From NCBI RefSeq assembly GCF_006345805.1, contig NC_043004.1:104594001-104658000 (forward strand): DNA of 64,000 nucleotides. The letters are read 5' to 3'. Shown in pieces: positions 26,566-39,300 of this stretch (its first letter is position 1; every line of letters starts with the position of its first letter). The notes below the pieces were generated by a model that saw only the letters and a list, made by a program, of their open reading frames with translations, was not told the DNA's origin and ran no database searches. A program made the translations under genes and the position numbers. This stretch comes from Octopus sinensis (Eukaryota).

Positions 26566-27984
26566 GTGTGTAAAACAAACATAAAAAGGAAAAAAGGACT
26601 TGTGGTGCAGCGAGAAGTTGTGGGGCTGTTGTTTACATAAATATCACTAGCTTTATAAATTATAGTATATTGGCGGTATGTTCCTAGTGACCCAAGTTCA
26701 CAAATCTGGTTTCGATTCCCAGCTGCAGGCAGTTTTGTCTTAAGTCATGGGTACACAGGGCAAAGCAAATCTATGTGCACCGTAGTTGTGTTTATAGGGG
26801 TCTCATGACATTGGTTTGCGCAGGGGCCTATAGTACTGTAAAGGTGACCCTGGCTTCAGAGCCTCTGAAAATTCAGTCATCAGGGGCTACAGAATTCCCA
26901 TTAGAAATCCCCTTCCCTTTAATATAAAATGCTAGTCTTCAATACATACAAATAATTTCCGGGAAATCCCAGGAAATTCCTGTATTCGTTGTAACTTCTG
27001 CCGCATCCCTCTCGTAAGTCATGCCTAGTTGTAACCATTTCACTGCTACTGAGAATGGGGAAAGGATGAACACCACAACTGAACCCGATCCTTAAATACA
27101 AAGGCAAGAAATGTATGATGCCTTATGTCTGTCAGAAGAATCGAGAATCACAAAACTAGCCGTCTTGGCTGGTTGTTTAGATATGAAAAATAAAAAGCAG
27201 AATACAAGGAAATTAATGATGATCGGCAAAGAATTGTTAATAAAAGCAGTAATTCTTCTAAGAAAATTCTCAACCAAAACGAAAGAACCTCATCTCCTTA
27301 AGTATTTTACCAAGATTTTGGTTTAATAACTTGTTCAACGGAAGATTTGACAGCAATAGAGATAACAGGTTTAACCGTAATCGGCCGGTTTTTTCCTGAA
27401 CCGGACAGTTTCTGTTTGTCGTATGTAGAAGTGTGTGTGTGTGTGTAACATGCTAAGTGTGTTTTATGTAACATAACTTCAAGTTAACGATCTCATATAA
27501 GCAAACACGTGTGCGTGTGTGCACTTTAACAGTTTTATTGAACAATTCTACTAACGCACACACACGCACACTAATTGACATATACATCTGCACACACGCT
27601 CACTTAGTATCAGAAAGAAAAAGCGTATAATGAAAATATATTATCAATGTGGGTATTCATGAAAAGAAACGTTTGCAGACTTAGTAAATATTTCAATTCA
27701 GTTTATTTTAATTGAATGCAAATAAAGCAATAATTCGGGAAATATACAGAAAGCAAGATAATGTAGTTTAAAAAAAATTATATTCAGTTTCTGTGCATTG
27801 TACACAGTGTGTACAATGCACAGAAACCTTATACACACACACACTTAGAAATATTTCAAGGAAAAAAAACTTTCATTTCATTTATGCAACAATGTTTCAT
27901 AAAAACAAAGAAACAGCCAAGTCTATCCAACCCACGCTTGCGTGTGTCTAAGTGGGTAATGTTTCTGAGAGTCTATGTATTAAT

Positions 27985-28256
27985 GCGTGTGTGTGTGTGT
28001 GTGTGCGTTTATGTGTTTATGTGTTTGTGTATGAATTCATTGTGTTTAAATTTTGTGTATGTATATGCAAGTTGATGTGCTTACGTATATGTGAATTGCA
28101 CCAGTTGAATACATGTGTGTGCATGTTTACTTTAAAAAAAAATATGTGAATTTGCACGTATGTGTATATATACGTGGAAAACGACCGCGATTTCTAGAAC
28201 TACGTGTAATATACTTTTTTGTATATATAATGTTTATTAACAGCTGCGTGTGTGCA

Positions 28257-28287
<31 letters not shown>

Positions 28288-28545
28288 TTATGTGTTTATG
28301 TGTTTGTGTATGAATTCATTGTGTTTAAATTTTGTGTATGTATATGCAAGTTGATGTGCTTACGTATATGTGAATTGCACCAGTTGAATACATGTGTGTG
28401 CATGTTTACTTTAAAAAAAAATATGTGAATTTGCACGTATGTGTATATATACGTGGAAAACGACCGCGATTTCTAGAACTACGTGTAATATACTTTTTTG
28501 TATATATAATGTTTATTAACAGCTGCGTGTGTGCATGTGTGTGTG
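27985..28545 (+). repeat. Near-perfect 279-bp tandem duplication bounded by (TG)n tracts
   Basis: Identical ORF starts at 28113 and 28392 (offset 279); the sequences read identical apart from TG tract length. Confidence 0.9.
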
Positions 28546-28658
28546 CATGTGTGTGTGTGTGTGTGTGTGTGTGCGTGCGTCTTTTTTTATTTATTTATTT
28601 ATTTCGTATATTTTTTAACAGCTAATGTAATATGTATAACGCACTCGCTTGAAACGTG

Positions 28659-28770
28659 TGACGTATCACATTTATACACAGAAGCAGCAGGTGATAGCGT
28701 TAGCGAATTGACCAATCAGAAGCCAGCAAATCTCAACTGCTATATAAGCAGCCGCGCTATCCTTTCCATT
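28659..28770 (+). promoter_or_regulatory. GADD45 core promoter: CRE-like TGACGTAT (28659-28666), CCAAT box (28712-28716), TATA box TATATAAG (28741-28748), probable TSS ~28768
   Basis: Canonical motif order and spacing, ~170-190 bp upstream of the ATG; the TSS is inferred from TATA spacing. Confidence 0.7.
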
Positions 28771-28935
28771 GTCACATCTTTTCTCTCATTCAACGAGTCG
28801 CAAGCAATTTTCTTCTCTTACGACGAACTGAGCGCTTTGTTACAACCAACTTGGATATTTCCAATTAACCGAATCTTGATTTTTATCTTACGGACTTATA
28901 CATTACTTTGCAAACTGTCATTCTTAAATCACAAC

Positions 28936-28982
28936 ATGATTTTGCCTGAAGATTCTGAAAAACCCATGCAATCAAAAGAAAG
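28936..28982 (+). CDS. GADD45: GADD45 family protein, coding exon 1 (MILPEDSEKPMQSKE-R, phase 2)
   Basis: ATG in CAACATG context; donor AG|GTAATT; length and phase match exon 1 of vertebrate GADD45 genes. Confidence 0.8.
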
Positions 28983-30956
28983 GTAATTAATTGATCTATT
29001 TTTGTTTTTTTTTTACCCCCTCCGCTTTGTTTTTGTGAATATATTCTGCAGCGATTACCAAGGTTCCTTATAGGTACCTACATAGTATCCTGCGAGGATT
29101 AAATAGAATTTATGACATAATTTTTTATTATATATATAGTTTATATATACGCTGGTTGCTTCTGCGGTATTTATAAATAACATACATGTAACCGTATTTT
29201 GAATTCTTTGTGCACATTATATAATGTGTGTGTGCGCGCGGTGTGTAGATGCGAGTTTGCTCGAAACTTCTTTTCAAAAAATCTCGAGGTGTTCGTGGAG
29301 GTGTTTGTGAACTTTAAGATAAGGCCCTGCTGAGACAATGCCCTGATCTTCAGTGCGAGAGCGAACAATGCAACCAACGTCATTTTCAGAGTTTTCTCTT
29401 TGTTACGAGTTGAGGTCGTGTATAAACGTGTGTATGCTATATACATACATGAATGTATTATATGTAATTTAATTGCGATCTGGTTAAGGTGGAGGTGAGG
29501 TTCGTGCAGATATTTTGTTAGGGCCTGGATTTTGACCGGTCTTTGTCTAGAAAGGCGCTCTAGCATGGATGCAGACCAGTAATTGAAACACAAAAATTAA
29601 CAGAATAATTGCATCACTTTCTTTTCTTTCTTTCCATTTCCCCCATAATGTCCACGTGTATCCGTGAAATTCATCTTTTTTGACTCCACTTTGTTTTCTG
29701 TCAGACAACTTTTCGCTTTGTGTCTGTGTGTTCGTGCTCTGCTTTTCTTGCGTCATATGGCGCAATAGTCAGCCGAGATTTCGTTTATCTCTGTGTCCGG
29801 GACTCGCATACCTACGCGTGTGCCACGATGGACTATGTACTTACTAGACCTAACCAGTTTGAATAATAAGAATAAGGTGGGAGACGGGGTTCGAATATTA
29901 ATCTGATAGACGACGCAGTTGTATGTATTTGTTTAAATTGTTGAAATTAAATATTAGTTTTTAGTATAGTTTTGCACAAAATACTTTTAAACTGACGCAT
30001 TCGTTAATGTACTTTTGTCATTTAACTGTTAATGACAAAAGTACATACTAAGGAACTTGACTAATTAAAAGGTTTTTGTGTGTGCGCGTGCAAACATTTC
30101 ATATTTACAAAGATCGGGATATTGAGTTTTTCTTTTTTTTTAACGGGAAATCGTCGTCGAGTTTCAACGGTATTTCTTTATTAGGTGAAACGTGCGTGTG
30201 TGCTACATTTTTTTCTTTCTATCCAGTGAAAGTGCGTGTGTGCAACGGCTTTTTTTTCCTCCTTAAATTTTAATATGAATTTATTGTACAAAATTTGAAG
30301 TATACGAAAGTTTAGAACCGGAGGTGGCTGCATAAAGTTTAAAATTTTTGCAGCTGACTTCAACTCTGGCTTTTCGGTTGAATGGTGGGGAGGGGGTTTT
30401 CCTGGAAGTCTGGGGAAAATTCAAACATGTGACAGCAAGTTTTTATCTGTTGAGAACCGGGTCAGAGCTCATTATAGTGTAATCGTACATATTTTAGGTA
30501 TGGAACTTTAGTTTATAAAATATTTTAGAAATTGTTAACGGTTAAGAATAGTACTTTTTAAAATCAAATTACTTCTAGCGATAGTTTTTTTTCTTTTTTA
30601 CATAAAGGAACTGGAAGGATATCTAGCATTGGTTAAGAGGCTTAACTGTGCCTAATTATTAAATTTTCTCTTTGGGTAACTTGGTGTATGTCGATCATGA
30701 ACTGCCAATACTTTGATCTTGGTTGCATGGAATATTTACATTTTTATGCGTTGGTATAGCGTGGCTTATAACGTTAAAGTTCGTTAAATGTCACCAGATC
30801 TACGTGTATATAGAAACAGTTGTTCAAATCCCCATGCCCCTGGATCAGTCGAGATTTACTTTTTGCAGTTTTGTATTCCTGCCAACTTGGTTGTCATGTG
30901 TCTTACAGCTTTATTTTCAGTTACCTTGAAATGTGTTTTTTTTATTTCATTCGCAG

Positions 30957-31061
30957 GAACAACATGGATATCGGCCAAGCTTTGAGCGAGTTAATCCTTA
31001 AATCCAAGTCTGAGGGCAGACTGACCTGCGGTGTGGCGAGCTCCGTCAAATTACTGGAAAT
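30957..31061 (+). CDS. GADD45: GADD45 coding exon 2 (NNMDIGQALSELILKSKSEGRLTCGVASSVKLLE-M)
   Basis: Acceptor TTCGCAG|G, donor AT|GTAAGC; aligns by eye to MDKVGDALEEVLSKALSQRTITVGVYEAAKLLN of GADD45A. Confidence 0.9.
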
Positions 31062-31669
31062 GTAAGCTTTTTTTTCCCTCTTCACTTTTTTTCTATATTT
31101 AAATTTTAAAAATAAATATCAAGTCTTGGGACTTGTTTTTACTACGTGAAATGTAGAAATCCTTGCCAACAGCTATTTTTTTTATATCTATTAATGGTCT
31201 ATAAATAGCTAATACGGTGTCGACAGCTTTATTTAGCACCGGACGAAACAAGTTTTCTGGTTTGTTCTGGAATCTTGAGAGTAAATATTCTCGTGACACT
31301 TTTATTATTCTATAGCTAACAGACCTACCCTGAGAACTTTTGCACGTGTTTTTATTTATTTTTATTAATTACGGTGATCTAATCACGTGCACGGCCTATT
31401 TTTTTTCTTAATATTCATCCCACCCCCTCTTTTCGCAGTTTGTAAGTTTTACACCTGCGGCTCACGGAATTCTTTTGAATGGCACTCTAACGAAAAATTA
31501 CCATTACTTTTTTTTAGTAGTGCGGTTCGCTACTCGAAAGGGGCCACTCGTGTCTGTTTATTATTATTTTTTTTTAATGTTGGTAATAGATTGCGGTTGT
31601 AATTTTAAGAATTATATCTACTTTGAACATTTAGCAAAAATACTTATAATTTTTTAAAATTTTTTACAG

Positions 31670-31883
31670 GGGTCCAGATTTTGTTCTGCTTTGCATTCTG
31701 CCAGTAGACCGGAACCAGTCCGTTATGGTCAGCATTCAACAGACTTTAGTTGAAGCCTTTTGTCGTGATAACGACATTAATCTTGTAAAAGTTGACAGCA
31801 CTGACAAATTGTCAGCACTTGTCAGATACGAGGATCCAAATGACAACGAGGATTATCGGGATTACTGCTGTGTACTGGTCCAG
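31670..31883 (+). CDS. GADD45: GADD45 coding exon 3 (GPDFVLLCILP...SIQQTLVEAFCRDNDINLVKVDS...DYCCVLVQ)
   Basis: Acceptor TTTACAG|G, donor CAG|GTAAGA; carries the GADD45/L7Ae signatures TLIQAFCCENDINILRV and DLHCVLV. Confidence 0.95.
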
Positions 31884-32149
31884 GTAAGAATCCATTTTTT
31901 ATATATATATATTTTTAATTTGTCTTATCAGTAGCAGTAAATTTTAAAAAAATAGAATAAAATAAACTAAGCCATCCTTGTTTAAATATAGTCAACATCA
32001 TTGTTTTAAAGTTCCAATTTAATCCTTAATTATTAACTGGTATAAAATTCGGAAGGCATCTAATATTGCAGGGGGCTAAATTTTAAACTTTAGAAGTTAT
32101 TATTCTTCCATCTTTTCTTAAATACAATTTTGCCATTTTCTTATGACAG

Positions 32150-32269
32150 GCTCCAACCTCTTGTGCCGAAAAATGTGAATTCCGCAAGATGAACCAGTCA
32201 ATTGTTGATTACTATAACTCTGTATTTGTGGACTGGGAGTCCGAGCCTATTATTGAACTCCCTGGATGA
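32150..32269 (+). CDS. GADD45: GADD45 coding exon 4 (APTSCAEKCEFRKMNQSIVDYYNSVFVDWESEPIIELPG*)
   Basis: Acceptor ATGACAG|G, in frame (phase 0), ends P-x-I-x-L-P like GADD45 VPVINLPER; total CDS 486 nt = 161 aa plus stop. Confidence 0.9.
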   Translation, partial: APTSCAEKCEFRKMNQSIVDYYNSVFVDWESEPIIELPG

Positions 32270-32305
32270 TTCTTATAACCAATTTACTCCAAATCTATAT
32301 TGCCT

Positions 32306-32690
32306 GTAAGTATTTTTGAATTCTTTGAATTGAAAAAAAAATCATTCAGTTTGCTTGTTACTCTAGTATAATCGTGGTAAATTGATAATCATTCCTGTGT
32401 TGGACTTTCTTTATATTAACATAAGCATAGTTGCTTGCAGAATAATTTACTTTATTACTATAGAGAATTGGATTGAATGTATATAAAATATATTGTTTGA
32501 TTAACCTTTATATCGTAAGAATCTAGAAACTTCAAGGGGAATGGAATGATTCAAAATAGTCGAAACTATAAATAAATGTAATTATTGGGTTTAAAAAAAA
32601 TCTTCTGAATAGAATAAGTCAAAGGCTGTTTTTGTTTTGAATCTTGAATTTTTGGCTATATTGTAATATATTCCTTGTTTTCTTTTACAG
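32306..32690 (+). other. Probable 3'UTR intron of GADD45
   Basis: Consensus donor GTAAGT 36 nt after the stop; polypyrimidine acceptor TTCCTTGTTTTCTTTTACAG ending at 32690; AT-rich interior, less AT-rich downstream exon. Confidence 0.6.
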
Positions 32691-33213
32691 AAAATTGGCG
32701 TTCTCGCAAGAGCGCGCAGAACAGGTTCTTTCGGTCTCTTGGCTTGTTCTACTTTACTCTGGTAGACCAGTACTGGCTATTTGGCACAAAACCAGAAAAT
32801 ATAGCAAGAAAAAAGTGGGATCCCTACCACGACTCAGCTCTGCTCCAAAGCAAGTGACAATACCAGTGTCCCCTCTTCTGTTTATGCTGGGGACTGTAGT
32901 GGAAGACAAAACGGATACTTTTCTTCACTGGAAGAATACTGTTTGGCTCTAACCAGGAATAGACTGTACAATATTTTACTGCTATGGAACTACTCTGTGC
33001 CTTTTGAGTTTGGTATGATCCGTTCCTTTTTGGAGCATGTCCAAGATGAGCTTGGGAATAAATTTCTTACATTGAACTAAAGGATTGAAGATTCTCTCAC
33101 CATTTCTATAACTGACTCTATAGAACATTTGATTTCTATATCTCCTTTTAAAACAATGATATTTTGTATTCCTGTTTTTAACAAGTTTACACCAACTGGA
33201 GTATTTGGTTCTG

Positions 33214-33219
33214 AATAAA
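33214..33219 (+). terminator. Polyadenylation signal AATAAA for GADD45
   Basis: AATAAA followed by a T-rich downstream element at ~33235-33260. Confidence 0.55.
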
Positions 33220-34490
33220 CTTCTTGTTAAAATATTTTATCTTTTCCTTGTTTTAATTTGCTGAGTCAATATGTATTGATGTAACCCAATAGGTTTGAGA
33301 TTATGATGTACTGTTAACCAGATGGTCTAGAGGTCTGTGAAACCTTGTCTGTCTTAAATGCATAGTATTCTTGTATCTAACAACTGAGAAGTCTCGAGTT
33401 GTTTAGCTTACTAAAAAAATAGTGAAATGCCCCTTTATGCCTTTTCTACATTAAAGATAAATTGCATTATGAGTATATGAAAAGACTGGATAGTCACTAT
33501 TAGAATGTTCATAGGTTGCTCCAGTCAAGTAATGAACAAAATTAATATCCAAGTCATTAAAATAACATTTTGGTAAAGTATGTGAAAGTGCAGAGATATT
33601 TTCCCTTTATTTCCAAGTTTCAAGTCCCAAAGATTGGAATGCATCCTCAGGAAATGACTTTGTACAATAACTGGATTTTTTCAGTTTCACACACCAGATC
33701 TGATTCTTTGGAAAAATTTCTGGTTTCCTGCTAATTATGATGGGAGAAATTAAAATTATAGGAGGAAATTCTTTTGTATTTCAGTATAATGGAAATGGGG
33801 AGCTACCATAAATACTCATAACATATTGGTTTAAAATTTTAACACAAGGCTAGCAAGATTAGGGGGAGGGGGTAGGTAAGTCAATTACATTGACCCACCA
33901 TCAGTTCTCACAAAGTTGACCATGGCAGAATTTGAACTCAGAATATAAAGGACAATATTGCCCAGTGTGTCACCACACACCTCACCACCTTAAAATTTCT
34001 ATTACATATTGAACAGCAAGTATTGACATGAAACATTCAAACTAGTATAGAGAACCAAGACATAATGAGGACCAAGTGCTGTTTCCACAGATCACCATTA
34101 CCAAAGAATAGACTGAAAACAGGAAATGATTTCGATTATTGGAAGTGCCCAAGGGCATTGAAATTAAAAATAAACTTCTTTTTTTTTTTTAATCCCATCT
34201 TCAGTTAATGTTTTTTTTTGTTTTTGTTTTTTTTTTCTCCCCTTGCTTATATAGACTGGACAGCTTGATGAACTGGTAAGACCAGAAGCTGCACCAGGTT
34301 CCATAGTTTGTTCTGGCTTGGTTTCTGTGGATGGATGCCCTTTCTAATGCCAACCACTCTACTGGGTGCTTTTTAAGTGATACCTTAGTTTTTAGGATCT
34401 CAATTCTCCTGTAGTGGGTGGACCTTAAACTACAGCAATATGCCACATACCTCAGTCCTCCATCATCTTTGTGAGGTTCTTGTTCAATGG

Positions 34491-34528
<38 letters not shown>

Positions 34529-34699
34529 ATGCACACAATAGGGTGTGTTATAGTAAAAAATTGTCACCACTAGACAGGTTAGGAATTATGAAATAAGTCT
34601 TACTATTTGCTTTTGCATTACCTACTTTAAAAACAAATTCTTAAGTAAAACATGGCTTCCCAATCGTGTTTCCAGTTAGATTTGAAAGAAATGAAGCTA

Positions 34700-35245
34700 G
34701 CGTGCACTGCTGGATGAGTAATGACAATGTAAATGATTTAAGAGGGAAAACTGCAAAAGCAGCGTCAGATGTTGTGCAAGAGAGAAGACTACTGGTTTGG
34801 TCATGCAATGAGGACAGCTGCATATAGAAGTGCTGAGCTCAAATTGTGGAGGGTACCTGTCAAAGGGGTAGATCCAGGAAGACGTGGAACAAAGTGGTGA
34901 GAAAGGATCTTTTGATGCTGGGCCTCATGAAGGAAATGACAAGGGACTGGGAGATGTGGTGGTTTGCTGTACTTAAGACCTGTCAAGCTAAGTAAAATCG
35001 TTGTCTTCCACACATATTGGCTTGTCATTTCAGGTGCCACTGTTATATAAAAAGCATCCTTGCCAGTGCTGTGTTAATGCACAAATGCCATGTAAATGCA
35101 CTCGTGACTGATGCATAAAAAGTACTCAGCACATTCTGCAGTAGAAACCATTCCACAAGACAGTTGGACTCTGGTAGCCAGCTCCATGTCAAGCCATCCA
35201 ACCTATGCCATCATGAAGACCGGACGTTAACCGATGATGATGTGT
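34700..35245 (+). mobile_element. RTE-clade LINE 3' remnant
   Basis: Encodes VEGTCQRGRSRKTWNKVVRKDL; the 3'UTR ends in (GAT)n. Related pieces on - at ~34250-34480 and 38115-38345. Confidence 0.7.
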
Positions 35246-35581
35246 GACATCTTTAGACAAGTACTTTCTATCTTGGTCTCAAGTTGACAAAATCTTACGA
35301 ATGCAATTTGCTAAATGGTTACTGTTAGGTAGTACTTCAAATGTATTTGTATGTCTTTAGCAAATCACCTTTGCATTTTTGAACTAGTTCTTTTTTCTGA
35401 GTCTACACTGATGCTCTGCTAGCAACTGCTGTAACCTATCAATCATTTCTACGTTGATTACTGGGAGGAAGAAACCAACCTTCCAAGAATGGATGTCTTT
35501 GAGCCTATTAAAGACAGTGGGTGCTCCATCAGATCTCTGCTTTCTAATTTGTCTCTAGTTGATCTAATTAATCATGACTTT

Positions 35582-36337
35582 ATTACATAGAAAAATGTGA
35601 GCTAGAGAAATAATATTCTTAGGATTATAAACTTGGACAAGTTATTACATCAGGTAAAGTACAGAACAAGACAATTTTTATTTAAAGTATTGCAGCTAAG
35701 GATAAAATATTTAGATTTAGAAAATATTAGCTTTTATTAAAACTAAAAATTTTATTACAAGTTATTACATGTTACTTCTATTAAAAATTTAAAAAATAAT
35801 TCTATTAAAACATTTTTGCACTTCAAAAAATTCATTTTTAAAATTATTAATTGATAATTAGAAATTTGAAAAATAATAGAACATAATTAGATAAGTACAA
35901 TAAATAGAATAATACAAAAATTAGTTATATATTACAGTAAAATCTATAACAAATTCAGTTATTGCCTAAGTCATTGCCAAGTCTTCACATTTTTAGTCTT
36001 GACCCAATGCCTATTTTTTGACATAATGAATTTGCCTACCATATATACTGTTCAAATTTGCATAAAACTTTAGCTGTATTGGTACTTCTGGCTCTCATTT
36101 TTTAAGTATTCTTATGTGTCAATATTTTAACAATATGATGGTACCTATTTTTAATAATTTTAATTTGTAAATTAAAATCAAATAATTTTTGATATTCAAA
36201 TTTTATCTTTAGCCGCAATATTTTAAGTAAAAATTTTCTTGGTCTGCACTTTACCAGATGTAATAACTTGTCCTGTACTTTTCCATCTTTATAATCTTAA
36301 GAATGTTATTTCTCTTGCTCACATTTTTCCATGTAAT
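35582..36337. repeat. Foldback element: inverted arms ~35582-35710 / ~36200-36337
   Basis: AAAAATGTGAGCTAGAGAAATAATATTCTTAGGATTATAAA..GGACAAGTTATTACATCAGGTAAAGTACAGAAC matches the reverse complement of 36240-36328. Confidence 0.75.
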
Positions 36338-39300
36338 CCATGTTTTTTTCCGGGCTATGTTATTATGCTAATTAATAATGTGTCAATTAGTGGTGTCATT
36401 GATAATTTTTCCTGACCTCAATGATGTTGGTGACATATTAAGTCTCCAATATAACTATATCCATAAAAAAGTATAGAACTATATTATCACCCTCAAATTT
36501 GAGAAACAAATACTCATAACTTTTTTTAAAACTTCATTGCATGAGATTGATACCATGAAATTCCTCGAATTGAGCTCTGTCATTTAAGCTTAGTTAGAAT
36601 ATGGTTTGTTTTGAAAATAAAGAAGTTCATTATACTTAATTCCAATTTTTTTGCCTTACTTACACTGTTTTCATAATATTTTACCTCACAATTTTTTTTT
36701 ATACAGATTTTTGGTGCATGGAATCAAAACTATGAGGTTCTTCATGCTTCAATTGAAGCTAAGATAAATATATTTTGCTTTTAAATTAAAAAAGTTATTT
36801 AGATCTAAACTTGATTGGAGGTGTTACTTACTCTCCTATAATGTTGTTACAAATTCTGATGTAAACTTTTTTCTACTGAACCAAATCTCAATTTTTTAAT
36901 GCCAAAATGTAGCTAGGGACCAGTCCTCTTCAAAAATATTAATGGTGTTCCATTTGGTTAAGAACTGAATTAGCGACAAGCTCTGAAAGATGCTGCGTGT
37001 GAGTAAATTGCGGCCGTAAGAATATTATTCAACTACTACCATAGTTGAATAATTGATGTTATTCTTTAACACAAGATTTTCTGAATTTTACGTTTTGTTC
37101 ATTTTGTTAGCGGTAAAATCCAATAGATTAATTCAAATTCTAATTCCTAAATATTCCCATCAGTACTATAGCCACTGTCCACCAGCCGTGTTGCCAGATA
37201 TATACAACTTCTTGTTGCCAAAACGATATTCTGTAACTCAATGAACCAACTAAAGATCTGCGTAATCGCTCGACCTGCGAGGAACAAATGAATTTCTTTC
37301 AAAGCACATGATGGTCATAACTGGAACGCCTTTGACCATGGGTCTACTTTGAGTTAACCCGGGACGGGTCCCACCTGGGACATAGCAACGACAATCACAT
37401 CTCTACACACGGTGCTTATTTAAAAGTAGATACGTCAAGCCATTAATCTTTTAAAAAAAAGGACGTAATGTAATGTCACTGGCTTGGTATGTAAATTCAA
37501 TCGAAGAACAAGTAAGGTTATTAATTCTGCCAGGTTCATTGTCTTAATGTTATAACATTACTAGTGTTTATTTTATTGCTGGTAGATACAATAATAAAAA
37601 CAGTTACGTCAGCTTCCATTTCACTCTGTAAACGCGAGTAAACAACGAAATGTTATCTGTTACCAGCAAAACAAAGCCTGGTGTATGACAAATATTCTCG
37701 TTGCTTGTGGTTCACATACTTTACATATTTTCATTTATTTTATTTCATTTTCCAATATTCATTTACTGGACAGGTTGTCAGGCTAGGCGTAGGAAGGGGT
37801 GTTAGTGAGCTGGTGATCTTTAAATGACAGTGAAACCTGGAAAATGTGTGTCAAACGACATTGTTTCCATTTTTTCTTTATTGTGTTTTTTTTTGGTTTT
37901 TTTTTGCTGCAACCAAATAAAACAAACTCGGAACAAATGATTCTGTTAAAGCAGAATTGATATTGAAATACTTAATTCAAAACAGGCTAATTAAAATCTC
38001 TGCAAACCTGTTCAATAGTGCCTTTTTTTCTTTATTTCTTTTTCTTTTTTTGGGGGGGGGGGTCAATGACCACAGAGCTTGTCAGAGGAAATCTACCTAA
38101 ATGAATTCAAACTCACTGAACATCATCATCATCATCATCATTTAAGGTCCACTTTTCCATGCTTGCACGTGTCAGACGGAATTTCTTCAGGCAGATTATT
38201 TACGGCTGGATGGCCTTCCTATCACCAACTCTCACTCGTTTCCAAGCAAGGTAATATTTCCCCATAGCCAAACATGTTTTCGCAGAAGACTGGAAACAAA
38301 CAGCCCCGCTTGTATGACGATAATACTCATCTACAACCATCACGTATCGTCAAAGACTTCTTTCAGTTTCTGTCTACCAAACCTCACAAGACTAGGTAAT
38401 GTGTCGGCTATTGGCCTAAAAATCTTCCCACAAAGGGGACAATCTGGATAGCCTAATGGTCTTTCAAATGTGTTAAATAACCGCTTAACACCATAAAAAA
38501 AATAACTTCGACAATGCACCTCCACTGCACCAGATAATCGCGGTGGATCAGAGAAAAAACAATTATTTTTAAAATGTTAATAAAACTGCAAATTTCGATT
38601 GGGAAGACAAATTTGATAAGCTATATTTGATGATAAGAGTATGTGAAAGTTAAGCGGATCTTAGTCAGAGCAGAATAATGTGAAGCAGATAATAACACCA
38701 GATGTGCGATTATCGCCGTTCTCATGGTAAATGAACTTGGCATTTACCTAATGTTGGATACTTATCTTGTTATACAGTCCCACCGAAGACAAGAAACTAA
38801 CTCCACTCGTAGAGTTGAGTTACGTGTATAAAAGACTCTGGTTTGAAGTTTAATTCCACAGGAAGGCTCATAGGAAGACCCAGAGGAAGAATACGAATTA
38901 GTACTGCTAACTGAAGACACACTTATTAAGGGACATTAAAAGCGACGAGCCGGCAGGATCGTTAGCATGCCGGGCGAAATGCTTAGAGGTATTTCGCCTG
39001 CCGCTACGATCTGAGTTCAAATTCCGCCGAGGTTGACTTTGCCTTTCCATCTTTCGGGGTCGATTGAATAAGTACCAGTTACGCCCTGGGGTCGATATAA
39101 TTGACTTAATCCGTTTGTCTGTCCTTGTTTGTCCTCTCTGTGTTTAGCCCCTTGTGGGTAGTAAAGAAATAGGTATTTCGTCCGTCTTTACGTTCTGAGT
39201 TCAAATTCCGCTAAGGTCGACTTTGCCTTTCATCCTTTCGAGGTCGATAAATTAAGTACCAGTGAAACACTGGAGTCGATCTAATCGACTGCCCCCACCC

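Noticed and set aside
27111-27326. 71-aa ORF MYDALCLSEESRITKL...
   Set aside because: No homology recognised and no supporting gene structure.
32644-32952. 102-aa ORF downstream of GADD45
   Set aside because: It starts at a non-ATG codon inside the predicted 3'UTR intron and overlaps the 3'UTR exon; no family features.
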